Shown here piece after piece: positions 9,367-20,594 of a DNA stretch of 64,000 nucleotides. The stretch spans positions 320,001 through 384,000 of the forward strand of contig CAWCNY010000003.1 in the NCBI GenBank assembly GCA_963797095.1, given 5' to 3'. The position numbers and the translations under genes are program-made. The notes beneath the pieces were generated by a model. The model was not told where the DNA came from. It was given only the letters and a program-made list of their open reading frames with translations, and did no database searches. Numbering within the stretch: position 1 is the stretch's first letter; every line of letters starts with the position of its first letter. This DNA comes from an uncultured Chloroflexia bacterium. GTDB taxonomy: Bacteria; Chloroflexota; Chloroflexia; QHBQ01; JADMIH01.

Positions 9367-10506
9367 ATGTCCGAGCTATCTCCCTGGCAGGTGGCCTTAC
9401 TTGCCTTACTTACCATGCTTGGAATGGGTGTTGTTGCGAGCGTCTTACCTTCGAGCGGTTGGGGGCAGCAAGCAGCGAACGTTCAGAATGAGATGATACT
9501 TAGGCAGCCTGCGTGGGCTGTCGGTGCGCTACCCGTGGCCGCGCCTACCGCTACTCCTGGCACGCGAGCATTTCGAGTGGCGATACAGATCGGGCATTAC
9601 AAGAACGACGAACTGCCCCCGGAATTATCGCGCTTGGAGGGGAGCACAGGCACATCGGGCGGCGGGCGCACAGAGGTTGATCTGAATTACGACGTGGCGC
9701 AACTGGTAGCCAGGTTGCTGCGGGCGAAGGGCGTGATCGTGGAGGTGCTTCCCGCCACTGTACCGACCGGGGATAGCGCCGACGCCTTCGTAGCCATCCA
9801 CGCCGATGGAGCGGCAGCATCAGGGCCACGCGGGTTTAAGATCAGCACGCGCTGGAGCAGCGAGGTAGCTGTGCAGGATGGCATGCTGGTCGACCAGATG
9901 ATCGACGCTTACAGGAGAGAGACCGGTCTGCCAGAAGATAGCAACGTGACCAGGAACATGCGCGGGTATTACGCTTATTCACCCCGCAGGCCGACCTGGC
10001 GCGTATCGAACTTCACCCCCAGCGCGATCGTGGAGATGGGCTACATGACGAACGCCGCCGACCGCGCGGTGCTGTTCAACAAGACCGGTCTTGTGGCGAC
10101 CGGTATCGTGAACGGGATCATGGACTTCCTGCACGCGGCTTACGGGTCGCAGCCGACGGGCAACGCCTACGGGTACGGATATGGACTGGTGGACAACAAC
10201 ATCGTGCCGCCCGGCTCGGCGACACCTACCAGGGTGCCCGGCACCGGAACCGGCGCGGGAGCGGGAGTGGCAGCGGGAGCGCCGGGCGGAGCCTCAAGAC
10301 CTCAGCCTGGAAGCTGGCAGGTGGTGTTCATAGATAAGGCCCAGACCGGCGTATACACGGGACAAGGAAGCGGCGATCTGGTGGGCAAAGTGAACCGGGG
10401 GCAGGTGCTGACTGCCAGCATCCGGCAGGGAGATTATTACTATGTGACCCTGCCCAACGGCAAGCAGGGGTGGGTCAACCGGACCTGGATCGTAGTGCAG
10501 ATGTAG
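9367..10506 (+). CDS. N-acetylmuramoyl-L-alanine amidase (Amidase_3-like) with C-terminal SH3-like domain
   Basis: Signal/TM segment; IQIGH...TEVDLN...AFVAIHADG...IVEMGYMTN; C-terminal GDYYYVTLPNGKQGWV. Confidence 0.8.
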   Translation: MSELSPWQVALLALLTMLGMGVVASVLPSSGWGQQAANVQNEMILRQPAWAVGALPVAAPTATPGTRAFRVAIQIGHYKNDELPPELSRLEGSTGTSGGGRTEVDLNYDVAQLVARLLRAKGVIVEVLPATVPTGDSADAFVAIHADGAAASGPRGFKISTRWSSEVAVQDGMLVDQMIDAYRRETGLPEDSNVTRNMRGYYAYSPRRPTWRVSNFTPSAIVEMGYMTNAADRAVLFNKTGLVATGIVNGIMDFLHAAYGSQPTGNAYGYGYGLVDNNIVPPGSATPTRVPGTGTGAGAGVAAGAPGGASRPQPGSWQVVFIDKAQTGVYTGQGSGDLVGKVNRGQVLTASIRQGDYYYVTLPNGKQGWVNRTWIVVQM

Positions 10507-10553
10507 GCACGTCCCCGGCTTTGAAGCCTCTACCGGCTACCGCTTACCGCCGG

Positions 10554-12020
10554 TCATTTCTTATCTTGTGCCCACAACCCTTCAATATGCCGCCAGGCTT
10601 CGTTAGCCATATTGGCCGCGAGAGAAGAGGCGGGATAAGGGCTGTAGCGGGCGTCCAGGTAGGCCGAGGTGATCGCCTCCAGGTCAGGGCGGAGGTCGGG
10701 GAGATCGCGGGAGAGGACCCGCAAATACTCGCTGGGGGTTTGCTGCGGAAGGCGCGGGTGGCCGGCGTCGCGTGCCTGCCTGAGAAGGCGCGCATATATT
10801 TGGCGTATCGTCAGCGTGCCCGCCATATCGGCGCGGCCCTGGAGCGCGGCCAGGTCATCTACCTCCGCATGGGCCGATTCAGGCGCTGGCTTGCGGAAAC
10901 GCCCAAACAGGCGCTCGAACAGGGCCCGCAATTGGGCCAAAAAGAGCGCCCACGATCCGAAATGCTCGTGCTCCTCCTCGAATAGCTCGTCACGATCTTG
11001 CCGGGACGTTTTCAACCACCTCAGCGTGAAAAAGAGCACGGCAGCTACGATGAGCAGCGCGGCCAGCACAATGAAGAACGCCTGCCACTCCGACGGGATG
11101 TTGAGTGGGTCGAAACCCTGGTTCTGCTGCTGGAACTGTTCGAGGAAGGAAGGCTGCTGGGTAGGTCCAGGTGTCGGTTGCGGCTTAGGTTGGTCCGACC
11201 CAAAGCGGAGGCCGAGACCGCAGAACGATAAAGGCCACACAACGATGTACATGAACGCGTAGAGCAACCCCCCCACCGCCGACAGCACAGCCACCACTCC
11301 TGATTGAATGGTCGCAACCACATCCCCCGTGCCCAGGCCCTGCCCCAATATGCCCAGCAGCAGAATAATACCCACGCTGGCGACCAGCAGCCCGGCCCAC
11401 GAGCGGAAGCTTGTCTCGCCTGTCTCGCGACGCACCGTTTCGCGGTTTCCCAGCGCAAGTGCCGCCAGTCCCGATCCGAAAAAGAGCAGCACAGCGCCCC
11501 ACACTCCTGTCCACAGCGTATCTATGCTGTCGCGCATCACCAGGGTAGTCAGAATCACCAACAGGGCGATGGCGGTCAACTCCAGGCGGAAGTGGAGGTA
11601 AGCACGCTCGTACTCGTCCGGCTCGGAAGCTCTATAGCCGCCCAAACCCCAGACGAAGAGCACCAGCACGCCAATATAGACTAATGGTATGAAGAAGAGG
11701 TTGTTGATATTCTGCCAGTCAATGGGGGTATATGCCAGGGCCGTGACCAGGGCCACCGCCACGCCTACCGCCCCCGCGACAACACGCAACAAGGAATCGT
11801 TAAGCCTCGTGCGCCGGATCAGGTAGGTGACTAAGGCCAACCCCCCAAATTCCAGCAAGCCGAGCAGGAGAGGCTGGGGCACCGAAAACTGCAAAGTGCG
11901 GCTCAGGAAGACGCTATTGAATATCCACGCGAGGATATAGACGCCGCTTCCGTCCAGCAAAGATAAGAAGAAGGCGAAGGCGTTGATCGGGCTATAGACT
12001 CTGGTGCGTGGTGCCTGCAT
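10554..12020 (-). CDS. Polytopic membrane protein with C-terminal DUF4129
   Basis: Many TM segments; IRQIYARLL...GHPRLPQQTPSEY...ITSAYLDARYS; typical position in a moxR operon. Confidence 0.8.
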   Translation of the reverse strand: MQAPRTRVYSPINAFAFFLSLLDGSGVYILAWIFNSVFLSRTLQFSVPQPLLLGLLEFGGLALVTYLIRRTRLNDSLLRVVAGAVGVAVALVTALAYTPIDWQNINNLFFIPLVYIGVLVLFVWGLGGYRASEPDEYERAYLHFRLELTAIALLVILTTLVMRDSIDTLWTGVWGAVLLFFGSGLAALALGNRETVRRETGETSFRSWAGLLVASVGIILLLGILGQGLGTGDVVATIQSGVVAVLSAVGGLLYAFMYIVVWPLSFCGLGLRFGSDQPKPQPTPGPTQQPSFLEQFQQQNQGFDPLNIPSEWQAFFIVLAALLIVAAVLFFTLRWLKTSRQDRDELFEEEHEHFGSWALFLAQLRALFERLFGRFRKPAPESAHAEVDDLAALQGRADMAGTLTIRQIYARLLRQARDAGHPRLPQQTPSEYLRVLSRDLPDLRPDLEAITSAYLDARYSPYPASSLAANMANEAWRHIEGLWAQDKK

Positions 12021-12052
12021 AATGCGATTTACTCGGCGAAGGTGAGCCTCTG

Positions 12053-13394
12053 TCAGAACGCAAGACTTTCAATGGCTTCCGCTTGCCCTATGGCCTCCAC
12101 AAGATAGTAAGTGATACCCTGCGCCTGGATGGCCGCAGATGATTTCTTGCCGGAATGGGAGGCGGCGCGCTCTGACCCCACCGTCTCGATGAGCGTAACA
12201 GGGTGGCCCGCACGCCGCAGAGATAGAAGCACATCGAGCATATCGGCGGTGACGATGCCCGTCACCACAACGAGGGTCGCGCCCCTTGGCAGTGAGTAGC
12301 GCTGGGCGCGGATCAACTCCTCCATAGGCAGCCCCGACCACCCCTTGATGCGGGCTAGCGACTCTAGAATGCGCGTTAGCTGGCCCGAGTCGCGGCTGGG
12401 CGGCACCTTGACCTGCCTGTCGGAGGCGACGGCAAAAGTATTGATCTGCATACCCACCATCCACCCCTCCTCAAGCGCGTAGTTGGCGACCGATGCGGCC
12501 ACCGAGATGGTCAGCTCAAGGGTCTGCGCGTCGAGGCCCTCGAACATGTGCACGAAGGTATCCTGGTTCAGGAACACATAAAGCTGGGGGGTGGCCGACG
12601 GCTCGAAAAGGCGGGTCTGGAGTGCGCCACGCCGAGCGGTGGCCTTCCAATGGATGTGACGCGGGTTGTCGCCATAGGCGTATTCACGCACAGCACGCAA
12701 GCGCAACGGGTCGGTCACGATCATCTGCGTCGATTTGTGGTCGCCGAAAGGCTGGCGGGCCGGTATGCCCAGTTGCTCAACAGGCACGTAGCGCGGGTAG
12801 ACCAGCAGCGTGCCCGGCAATTCGACAGTGGCTGTCCGCCGGAACAGCCCGAATATGTCGCCCGACTTGATTTCGAGCGGGCCGAATTCGTACTCGCCCC
12901 GCGCCGTGCATAAAAAGGTGTAATGCCTGGTGACGCGCTCGTACCAGGCGAGCGAAAAGGCAGCGCTGAAACCCATCATGCGCAGCCTGGCAGCATAGGG
13001 ATGGGCCTGGCTGATCATCTTGAGCGCCACAGGATACTGGTCCTCCACCGCGATCCAGGGCAGAGGCAGCGGCTTGTTGTTGATAATTACGTGGGACATA
13101 GCCACCGATTTACCCCAGAAGGCGCGCGTCTGGCTGAAATAGCGCTCCACGCTCAGATTGGCGAGGCACCAGCGCGCCCAGGCCCAGGAAGTGAGGAGGG
13201 CCACCGAGAGGATCAGCCCAAGCCCGAAGATAGCCTGGTTGAACAGGATCGCCCCGACCACAATGAGTTCCCGCCGCGCCCCATATCCACGCCCTCGAAA
13301 GCTGGCTGCTGGTCATAACCTCCACCTGCGACGCATAGCGGTCGGGCAGGCCGGTAGGCCGGTAATATTTGGGCAGGTTGGGGATGTAGGCCAT
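12053..13394 (-). CDS. DUF58 protein with an apparent 1-nt frameshift near 13268
   Basis: VREYAYGDNPRHIHWKATARRG; the ATG-led N-terminus (from 13394) and the body (ORF from 13261) are in different frames and join if one A is removed from GGA-A-CTC. Confidence 0.75.
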
Positions 13395-13414
13395 GGTGGC
13401 GGATCAGAGCGGGA

Positions 13415-14461
13415 TTACCGCGCCTCGATGGTCTCCACAGGCACAGGCACGCTCTCCACTATCTCGGCCACAATTGCAGCCGTGTCTCTGCCGCGCAGGC
13501 GGGTGCGTGTGCCGAGCATGACGCGGTGCGAGAGGGTCGGCACCGCCATTCGCTTGGCGTCATCCGGCAGGACGTAAGAGCGGCCCTGTATAGCGGCCAA
13601 CGCCTGCGCAGTGCGCAATAGCGCCAGGGTAGCGCGTGGCGACGCGCCCAGTTCGATTGTGTCGTGCTTGCGGGTGGCGCGGATGATTTGCAGGATATAG
13701 CCCTCGACTGCCGGGGAGACGTGGACTGTGCGCACAGCCCCTTGTGCGCGCAAAATCTCCTCGGGCTGCGCCACGGGTTGGAGGTCGGCCAGGGGACTGG
13801 CTTCGCGGAAGCGGCGCATGATGGTCCGCTCGTCATCCTCCGATGGATAGCCGAGGGCCAGCTTGATCAGAAAGCGGTCAAGCTGGGCTTCAGGCAGTGG
13901 AAACGTGCCTTCAAGCTCTACCGGGTTCTGGGTGGCAAGCACCATAAAGGGACGAGGCAGGGGCGCAGTTTCGAGGTCGATAGTGACCTGGCGCTCCTCC
14001 ATCGCCTCAAGCAAAGCCGACTGCGTGCGCGGTCCTGAGCGGTTGATCTCGTCGGCCAGCACGATCTGGCTGAAGATGGGGCCGCGCCTTGTCTCGAACT
14101 CGGACGTGCGGGCGTTGAAGATCGACGTGCCCGTGATATCGGAGGGTAGAAGGTCGGGCGTGAACTGAATGCGGCTGAAGGAGCAGGCCAGCGACCGGGC
14201 AAGCGACTTGGCGAGGGTGGTCTTGCCGATGCCGGGCACGTCTTCGATCAGGACGTGCCCCTCGCACAGGAAGGCGACCAGCAGTAGCTCTATCTCGGCA
14301 TCTTTGCCCACGATCACACGCGAGATGCTATCCTGAACACGCCGAGCAAGCGAGGTCACAAGCAGCGACTGCGGGTTGCGGGCATCAGGTTGCGCGCCAA
14401 GAGGGCCTGTGCCGTTGGGGTCGCGCCCGTTGTTGGGCCCGTTGTTATGGGGGAAGGTCAA
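13415..14461 (-). CDS. moxR: MoxR family AAA+ ATPase
   Basis: EDVPGIGKT, RIQFTPDLLPSD, LADEINR, ATQNPVELEGTFPLPEAQLDRF. Confidence 0.95.
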   Translation of the reverse strand: MTFPHNNGPNNGRDPNGTGPLGAQPDARNPQSLLVTSLARRVQDSISRVIVGKDAEIELLLVAFLCEGHVLIEDVPGIGKTTLAKSLARSLACSFSRIQFTPDLLPSDITGTSIFNARTSEFETRRGPIFSQIVLADEINRSGPRTQSALLEAMEERQVTIDLETAPLPRPFMVLATQNPVELEGTFPLPEAQLDRFLIKLALGYPSEDDERTIMRRFREASPLADLQPVAQPEEILRAQGAVRTVHVSPAVEGYILQIIRATRKHDTIELGASPRATLALLRTAQALAAIQGRSYVLPDDAKRMAVPTLSHRVMLGTRTRLRGRDTAAIVAEIVESVPVPVETIEAR

Positions 14462-14476
14462 CTGGTGCTCCTTTTG

Positions 14477-17400
14477 CTATTTCTCGACGGGGGGAGGTCC
14501 CCAGTAGTCGGCGTTTTCGGCCATCCGGATCAACTCGCGCCACTGCCCTACCAGTCCCTCGTCGGTGACACCGTAAAAGATGCGCAACGAGCCGTCGGGA
14601 TAGCGGGCGGCCAGGTCGTAGCGGGATGCGCCCGCGCGGTGCTCGCGCCGCCACAAGCCGAGGGGAGCGTTAGGGTGCCAGGCGATCTCGGCGGCTGTGG
14701 GATCGCCATGCTCATGCTGCATGATAGCATAAAGCCAGAGCCTGCGCGCCGACTTGCGGGTGACGTTGTGCACCACGCTTGAGGGGTTGCGCAGGTCGCG
14801 CATAGTATGGTACAGGATACCGTTGCGCTCCTCGCTGCTGATGATCTCGACGCCCGTAGTAGGAGGCGCGGGCATGGGTGCCTGTGGAGTCTGCGCGGCG
14901 GGCTGGGATTGGGCCGGAGCCGGTGCAGGTGCGGCAGCCTCGGCGGGCTGTACTTCTGCCTGCTTGCGAGATCGACTGCGGCTGCGACTACTGGGGGCCG
15001 GTGCTTCGGCTGGTGCGGCCTGCTCCTCGGCGGGTGCAGCGTGCTCCACCTGGGGAGCTTGCTCGGCGGCTTCCGCCTCGGCCTCGGCGACTTGCTGGGC
15101 AACTGTCTTGCCCCGGCTGCGCCTTCGGGAAGAGGTCGTGGTCGCAGGCGGTGAGGTCATCTCAGCCTCCGTAGCCTGGGCGGGCAATTCGCTCGGAAGC
15201 TGCATACCCGGCTCGATCTCGGCCTCCACAAGGATCGCTATCTCGGCGGCGTCGCTCTCGGCTGCCGCCGCTGCCGGCGCTTCGACCTCCATCTTCTTCT
15301 CACGCCTGCGCGAGCGCCCCTTCTTCGCTGGCTGCTCAGGTTCGGCCTCCACAAGCTCCTCGCGGGTGAGGTGCTCGGCTGAAACTGCAATCTCGGCAGG
15401 CATCTCCCCTGCCGAGGAGGCAGGCGCTTCGGCCTGCTCAGGAGTGGGGGGCGCAACTTCCCCGGTTGCCTTCTTGCGGGAGCGAGAGCGCGCAGGCTTC
15501 CTGGCCTCGGGCTGCGCCCCCACCGGAGCGGCCTCCGCAGGTCCCTCGCTGGGAGCGGAGGCCGCTTCGGGCATTACCGGCACCTCGACCGCGGGTTCCT
15601 GGGCGGCCTGGCGTCCGCGGCGGCTCCTGCTCTTGCGCGTTGTCGTTGTAGGCTTAGGCTCTACCGCCTGCGCTTCAGCGACAGCCTGTTGCTCAGGTTG
15701 CGGTTGCTCTGCCATAGCTTCTTCGGCAGCCGGTGCATCCGGAGTTGGCTGCATTTCTTCAACTGCCGGCTCGGCCTGCGATGTTGCCCCCGTGGGCGCC
15801 ATCGGGCGGATCTGCCCTTTGAGCTTTTCGGGCGGCAGGTTGGCGAAAACAGGCGGGCGCGCCGTGCGGTCGGCCGGCGGCTGTGGCAGACGAGCCGGAG
15901 ACTGCTGGCGCTGCTCGCGCCTCGGCTGTTGAGTGTGAGGTTGCGCTGGCGCGGGCACCGCCGTGCCTGTGATCTGGGCAGGCGACATCGGCTCGCCCGC
16001 CTCCGACGCTGGAGGGGCCACGCGAGCCTGGGCGGGCGTCGACGGCACGGGTTGCGCTGCCGGGCTGCTTACGCGCGCCATACCTCTACGAGATGCCTCC
16101 AGCACCAGCGTCACTACCTCGTCGCGGTTAGCAACCACGCTTTCGCCCTCTAGCCTGATATAGATCTGTCCGGTGGGCGTGAAAGCGTAAGGGGCCTCGT
16201 CGCCCTTAGGGACGGTGATGATCACTACCCCGCGCTCCTCTCCGCCCCGCGTCACAAAATCGGGATCGACCGGCGGCTCGATTGTGCGCCGGATGTCCTC
16301 TTTTATCATCTTGATCGCTTCGTCCGGGCGCTCTATACCATGTACAGGCACCCCCTTGTCCGAGTTAGCACCCACATATATAGTGCCGCCTTCGGCGTTG
16401 GAGAAGGCCACTATATCGTGCAGGATCGGGCGCGTGCGGCTTGTGTGAGTGAAGGCCCGCTCGTGGAACGACTGGGTCATGTTCTGCCCCGCTACACGCG
16501 CCTTTTCGATATCGTCCCAACTTGCCCCCTGCCGGAAGGGGCGCGTGCGCGTGAAATCGTTGCCGTGAAGCAGGTCGCGCAGGTCGGCGAAGGTGGCTTC
16601 CTTCACCAGTATCTCGGTGACCCGCGCCCCCACGCCCAGGCGCTTGTTCATGCCGTCCATCTGCTCGGTATTGAGCGAGTGGGCGTCCGATCCCTGGATA
16701 ATGTGCATCCGGCGTGGGTATTCGGTCTTGGACCCATTATAGAAGCTGGCGGTGTTGCGCCTGCCCGTGCCCTCCAGGTCGGTAACTTCCAGGGCCGCTA
16801 GATTGGGGTCCTGCGTATATGCGATCTTGGTCTGCCCCCCAAACGGGAAGCCCTGCATAGCCACACCGTTGGACGAATTGGCATGGGCAGCTATTGCCAG
16901 CCCACCCGCCGCCGTGATCGCCTGGTAGGAGGTAAGCACATCGGACGTGGAGCCTGCATCTGGCGCGCCCAGCAGCATCTTCTCCTCCGGCACGTTGAGG
17001 TTGAGGAGGAGATATTCCAGCTTGCGAACCGAGGTGTTCTCCGGGAAGATGCCAAGTACGTGAAAACCGAACGTGGCGGTGAACTCGAAGCCCGGCAGCA
17101 CATTGATCTTGCCGAGCAGCCTGCGATAATCGGTCAAGGTCTGGCGCTCAACATCGGTCAGCCTGCCGAGGCGTTCGAGAAGGGTTAAAGTTTCAATTTC
17201 TCGGTGCATAGCCGCGTAGCCAGCCACCGTATTATGGTCGGTGAAGGCTATCATGTCGAGGTTCTTTTCCTCGGCTTTCTTGAGAATGTCCAGGTAAGAG
17301 ATACCTGGATCGCGATAATCGGACGAGGCGGGAGTGTGCAGGTGCAAGTCCATTCGTTTCCACTCGAGGCCGCCACCTGCCTGGCGGTTGCGGGCCGCCT

Positions 17401-17494
17401 CCTGGTCGCGGGTGAGTTCTTGCATCTTGACGCTACGTATACCGCCATGCTGGCGTGAAGTGCCTCGCCCTGGGGTTCTTCTATTCATTGTCAT
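14477..17494 (-). CDS. PHP phosphoesterase + Schlafen/AlbA_2-like domain + long disordered linker + C-terminal globular domain
   Basis: [24 protein letters not shown] (PHP); [16 protein letters not shown] (AlbA_2); roughly 400-aa A/E/P/Q-rich linker with RSRSRK patches; RBS AAGGA before ATG at 17494. Confidence 0.8.
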   Translation of the reverse strand: MTMNRRTPGRGTSRQHGGIRSVKMQELTRDQEAARNRQAGGGLEWKRMDLHLHTPASSDYRDPGISYLDILKKAEEKNLDMIAFTDHNTVAGYAAMHREIETLTLLERLGRLTDVERQTLTDYRRLLGKINVLPGFEFTATFGFHVLGIFPENTSVRKLEYLLLNLNVPEEKMLLGAPDAGSTSDVLTSYQAITAAGGLAIAAHANSSNGVAMQGFPFGGQTKIAYTQDPNLAALEVTDLEGTGRRNTASFYNGSKTEYPRRMHIIQGSDAHSLNTEQMDGMNKRLGVGARVTEILVKEATFADLRDLLHGNDFTRTRPFRQGASWDDIEKARVAGQNMTQSFHERAFTHTSRTRPILHDIVAFSNAEGGTIYVGANSDKGVPVHGIERPDEAIKMIKEDIRRTIEPPVDPDFVTRGGEERGVVIITVPKGDEAPYAFTPTGQIYIRLEGESVVANRDEVVTLVLEASRRGMARVSSPAAQPVPSTPAQARVAPPASEAGEPMSPAQITGTAVPAPAQPHTQQPRREQRQQSPARLPQPPADRTARPPVFANLPPEKLKGQIRPMAPTGATSQAEPAVEEMQPTPDAPAAEEAMAEQPQPEQQAVAEAQAVEPKPTTTTRKSRSRRGRQAAQEPAVEVPVMPEAASAPSEGPAEAAPVGAQPEARKPARSRSRKKATGEVAPPTPEQAEAPASSAGEMPAEIAVSAEHLTREELVEAEPEQPAKKGRSRRREKKMEVEAPAAAAAESDAAEIAILVEAEIEPGMQLPSELPAQATEAEMTSPPATTTSSRRRSRGKTVAQQVAEAEAEAAEQAPQVEHAAPAEEQAAPAEAPAPSSRSRSRSRKQAEVQPAEAAAPAPAPAQSQPAAQTPQAPMPAPPTTGVEIISSEERNGILYHTMRDLRNPSSVVHNVTRKSARRLWLYAIMQHEHGDPTAAEIAWHPNAPLGLWRREHRAGASRYDLAARYPDGSLRIFYGVTDEGLVGQWRELIRMAENADYWGPPPVEK

Positions 17495-17777
17495 GTCAAT
17501 CCTTTTGGGGCCCACAGCACAAACGCGCGCAGGCACGGGAGATATTTCATCCCTTGCCGGTGCGGTCTTACATTGGCCGTGGGTGTGTTTATTCTATTCT
17601 GCTAAGCGAGGCCGGTAAAAGGTGAGTTACCACTCCTGGGGCAGGAGGAATTCGCTGTATTGTGCGAGATCGTTAGGCGCGTCAGCCGAGGCGGCGGGGG
17701 TGGCAGGTCTGCGGCGGCGATTTCTGCCGCCGGAACCCACTCCTCTCCCGGTGCCGGAGGATGGTGAGCGCTTGCCG

Positions 17778-20336
17778 TCACTTGTCGAGTTCGACCGCTT
17801 CCACCGTCTGGATCGAGGGCCTTTCGCCTTCGTCCGTGAGATTGGTGGGATCGGTCCGTGTGTCATCCTCGAGAGGAACTGGCGGCCCGATCTCTTCGCC
17901 GGTCGATATATCAGATGTGGCGACAGGGATGGCAGGCTGGACATCGTTGGAGAGCAGGGCAAGCCTTATCACGCCGTCCATTGTATCCACCCAGTGGAAC
18001 TGCAGGTGGCGGCGAGCGGCGGGCGGTAGCTCCGCCCAATCGGGCTTGTTCGCCAGTGGCGCGATGATCTCCTTGATTCCGGCGCGATGGGCAGCCAACA
18101 CTTTCTCTTTGAGGCCGCCAATGGCAAGCACCCTACCCGTGAGGGTGATCTCGCCCGTCATCCCGACTTCGCTCCGAACCGACCTTTGGGTAATGGCCGA
18201 TATAAGAGCGGTCGCCATTGTAATACCCGCCGAAGGGCCGTCCTTGGGGATGGCTCCTTCGGGCAGATGGATATGCAGGTCGGCCTTTTCGAGGGTATCG
18301 AGGTCGATATTCAACTCTTTGGCCCGCGAGCGCGCAAATGATAGTGCTGCGCGCGCCGATTCCTGCATAACGTCGCCCAAGCGCCCTGTGATTATCAGTC
18401 CGCCTCGTCCTGGCATAAGAACCACTTCGACCGGGAGCAATTCGCCCCCGTGCTCGGTCCATGCCAGGCCACAGGCCACGCCCACCTGATCCTGACGGAC
18501 TTCTTCTTCCACCCGGTAACGGGCGGGGCCAAGAAACTCTTCCAGGTTATGCGGAGTTACCCTTACGCGTGTGATACGCCCCTGCACCACACGTCGAGCC
18601 GCCTTGCGGCAAATGGTCGCCAGCTTACGCTCCAATTCGCGCACCCCGGCCTCGCGGGTATGGGTGCGGATTGTGTCTCTAAGCATGCGATCGGGTACTT
18701 CCAGGAAACCCGGCTCCAGGCCGTGCGTCTCCACCTGCTTGGGCAGAAGGTGGCGGCGCGCTATCTGAATTTTCTCTTCCTCTGTGTAGCCGCCGATCTC
18801 TACAACTTCCATGCGATCTCGCAATGCGCGTGGGATGCTGTAGAGGTTATTGGCGGTGCAGATGAAGAATACGTCTGACAGGTCGTAAGGTACGTCGAGA
18901 TAATGGTCCACGAAGGTGTGATTCTGAGCGGGATCGAGCACCTCCAGGAGAGCCGAGGCGGGGTCGCCTCGCATATCAGCCGTCATCTTGTCTATCTCAT
19001 CCAGCAGGACGAGGGGATTGACGGTCTCCGCGCTCTTCATGGACTGGATTATCCGCCCAGGCAGAGCACCAACATAAGTACGGCGATGGCCCCTGATCTC
19101 TGCTTCGTCGTGGATGCCGCCAAGCGACAGGCGCACGAACTTGCGGTTCATCGCCCGTGCGATCGATTGGCCCAGCGAGGTCTTTCCGACACCGGGAGGA
19201 CCTACAAAACAGAGAATGGTTGGACTTTGGATCTTAGATTTCTGATTTTGGGCTTCTGAGCCTCCGTCCTTCTTCTTTTGCCCTTCTTCTTTCGTCTGGC
19301 GGCGCAGCATAAGCTGCCGCACCGCCAGAAAGTCGAGAATGCGCTCCTTGACCTGGGCCAGCCCGTAGTGATCTTCTTCCAGGATCTGCTCGGCCAGCGG
19401 AAGGTCGATCCTGTCCTGCGTGCGCTCCGACCAGGGCAGAGAGAGCACCCAATCGAGATAGTTTCGCAGAACGGTGGTCTCCGGCGACATGGAAGGCATG
19501 CGCTCCAGTTTGCCGACCTCTTTGAGGGTGCGGGCCATGATCTCGTCCGGTAGGCCCTTGGCTGCCAGCCGCTCGCGCAATTCGGCGATTTCGTTGCCGC
19601 TATCGCTCGCAAGCTCGTCATGGATGGCCTTCAACTGCTCGCGCAGGTAGAACTCACGCTGGTTCTTATCGATGGAGGCGCGCACTTTCTCGCGCACGCG
19701 CTGGTCGGTTTCGAGCACGTCGAGAGCGCTGGCAAGCACGCTCGATATGTGATTGAGACGGGCAGCCTGGTCCGACATCTCCAGCACGCGCTGGCGCTCA
19801 AGCGCATCCGATACCAGGTGGGCAGCCAGCAGATCGGCCATATAACCGGGCTGGCGAGCACCCTTGATGTGGTCAGGCGCTTCGGCGGGGACCTTGTTGT
19901 TCATGGTCGCATAGCGAGTGAACATCTCCGACAGGTGGGACATCAGCGAGGTGATCTCGCGACCACCTGCCTGCTGCTCCGGTAGGTATTGCACTTCCGC
20001 CACCAGGCAATCATCATCACCCCGTATCAGATCAAGCGTCACCCTGCGTAAAGCCTCAACTTCGACCTGCGTCGTGCCGTCGCCTTGTGTGCGAACCGCG
20101 CGCACCTCCACCAGCGTGCCGATTGTGTAGAGATCGGCGGGCGTGGGGTCCTCTCCCTCATCGGTCTTGACGGCGGTTACAACCATGCGGTGGTCGCCCT
20201 CGAACGCCATATTGGCCGCATTGAGGGATCGCGCACGGTTTACGGTGAGATTGACTATGGTACGGGGAAATACTACTACGTTCTTGAGAGGAAGGAGAGG
20301 AAGCTCCATCCGCCCGCGGGCTGCGTCGTTTGGCAT
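17778..20336 (-). CDS. lon: Lon ATP-dependent protease
   Basis: GPPGVGKTS, GHRRTYVGALPG, LLDEIDK, PKDGPSAG, IGGLKEK. Confidence 0.97.
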   Translation of the reverse strand: MPNDAARGRMELPLLPLKNVVVFPRTIVNLTVNRARSLNAANMAFEGDHRMVVTAVKTDEGEDPTPADLYTIGTLVEVRAVRTQGDGTTQVEVEALRRVTLDLIRGDDDCLVAEVQYLPEQQAGGREITSLMSHLSEMFTRYATMNNKVPAEAPDHIKGARQPGYMADLLAAHLVSDALERQRVLEMSDQAARLNHISSVLASALDVLETDQRVREKVRASIDKNQREFYLREQLKAIHDELASDSGNEIAELRERLAAKGLPDEIMARTLKEVGKLERMPSMSPETTVLRNYLDWVLSLPWSERTQDRIDLPLAEQILEEDHYGLAQVKERILDFLAVRQLMLRRQTKEEGQKKKDGGSEAQNQKSKIQSPTILCFVGPPGVGKTSLGQSIARAMNRKFVRLSLGGIHDEAEIRGHRRTYVGALPGRIIQSMKSAETVNPLVLLDEIDKMTADMRGDPASALLEVLDPAQNHTFVDHYLDVPYDLSDVFFICTANNLYSIPRALRDRMEVVEIGGYTEEEKIQIARRHLLPKQVETHGLEPGFLEVPDRMLRDTIRTHTREAGVRELERKLATICRKAARRVVQGRITRVRVTPHNLEEFLGPARYRVEEEVRQDQVGVACGLAWTEHGGELLPVEVVLMPGRGGLIITGRLGDVMQESARAALSFARSRAKELNIDLDTLEKADLHIHLPEGAIPKDGPSAGITMATALISAITQRSVRSEVGMTGEITLTGRVLAIGGLKEKVLAAHRAGIKEIIAPLANKPDWAELPPAARRHLQFHWVDTMDGVIRLALLSNDVQPAIPVATSDISTGEEIGPPVPLEDDTRTDPTNLTDEGERPSIQTVEAVELDK

Positions 20337-20594
20337 ACCTTGCGCCTTAGAATTGCGGAAAGAAGACTCTTAAAGGAGAATGTAATTCAGACCTTCCGAC
20401 TAATTATACCAAATGATCGGCCAGCAGTCTATAGAGTAAACGGGCTACATGTCCTAATACTTTAGGGGGAATGCGACAGTCCTGATATAATCATGGATGA
20501 TGAGTGAGGATTACTGCTTATCAGGTATCGCATACGTAACAAGAGACGACTGAGCCTTATAGAGGGTACAACACTCAGGCTTTGATATTGAGAG

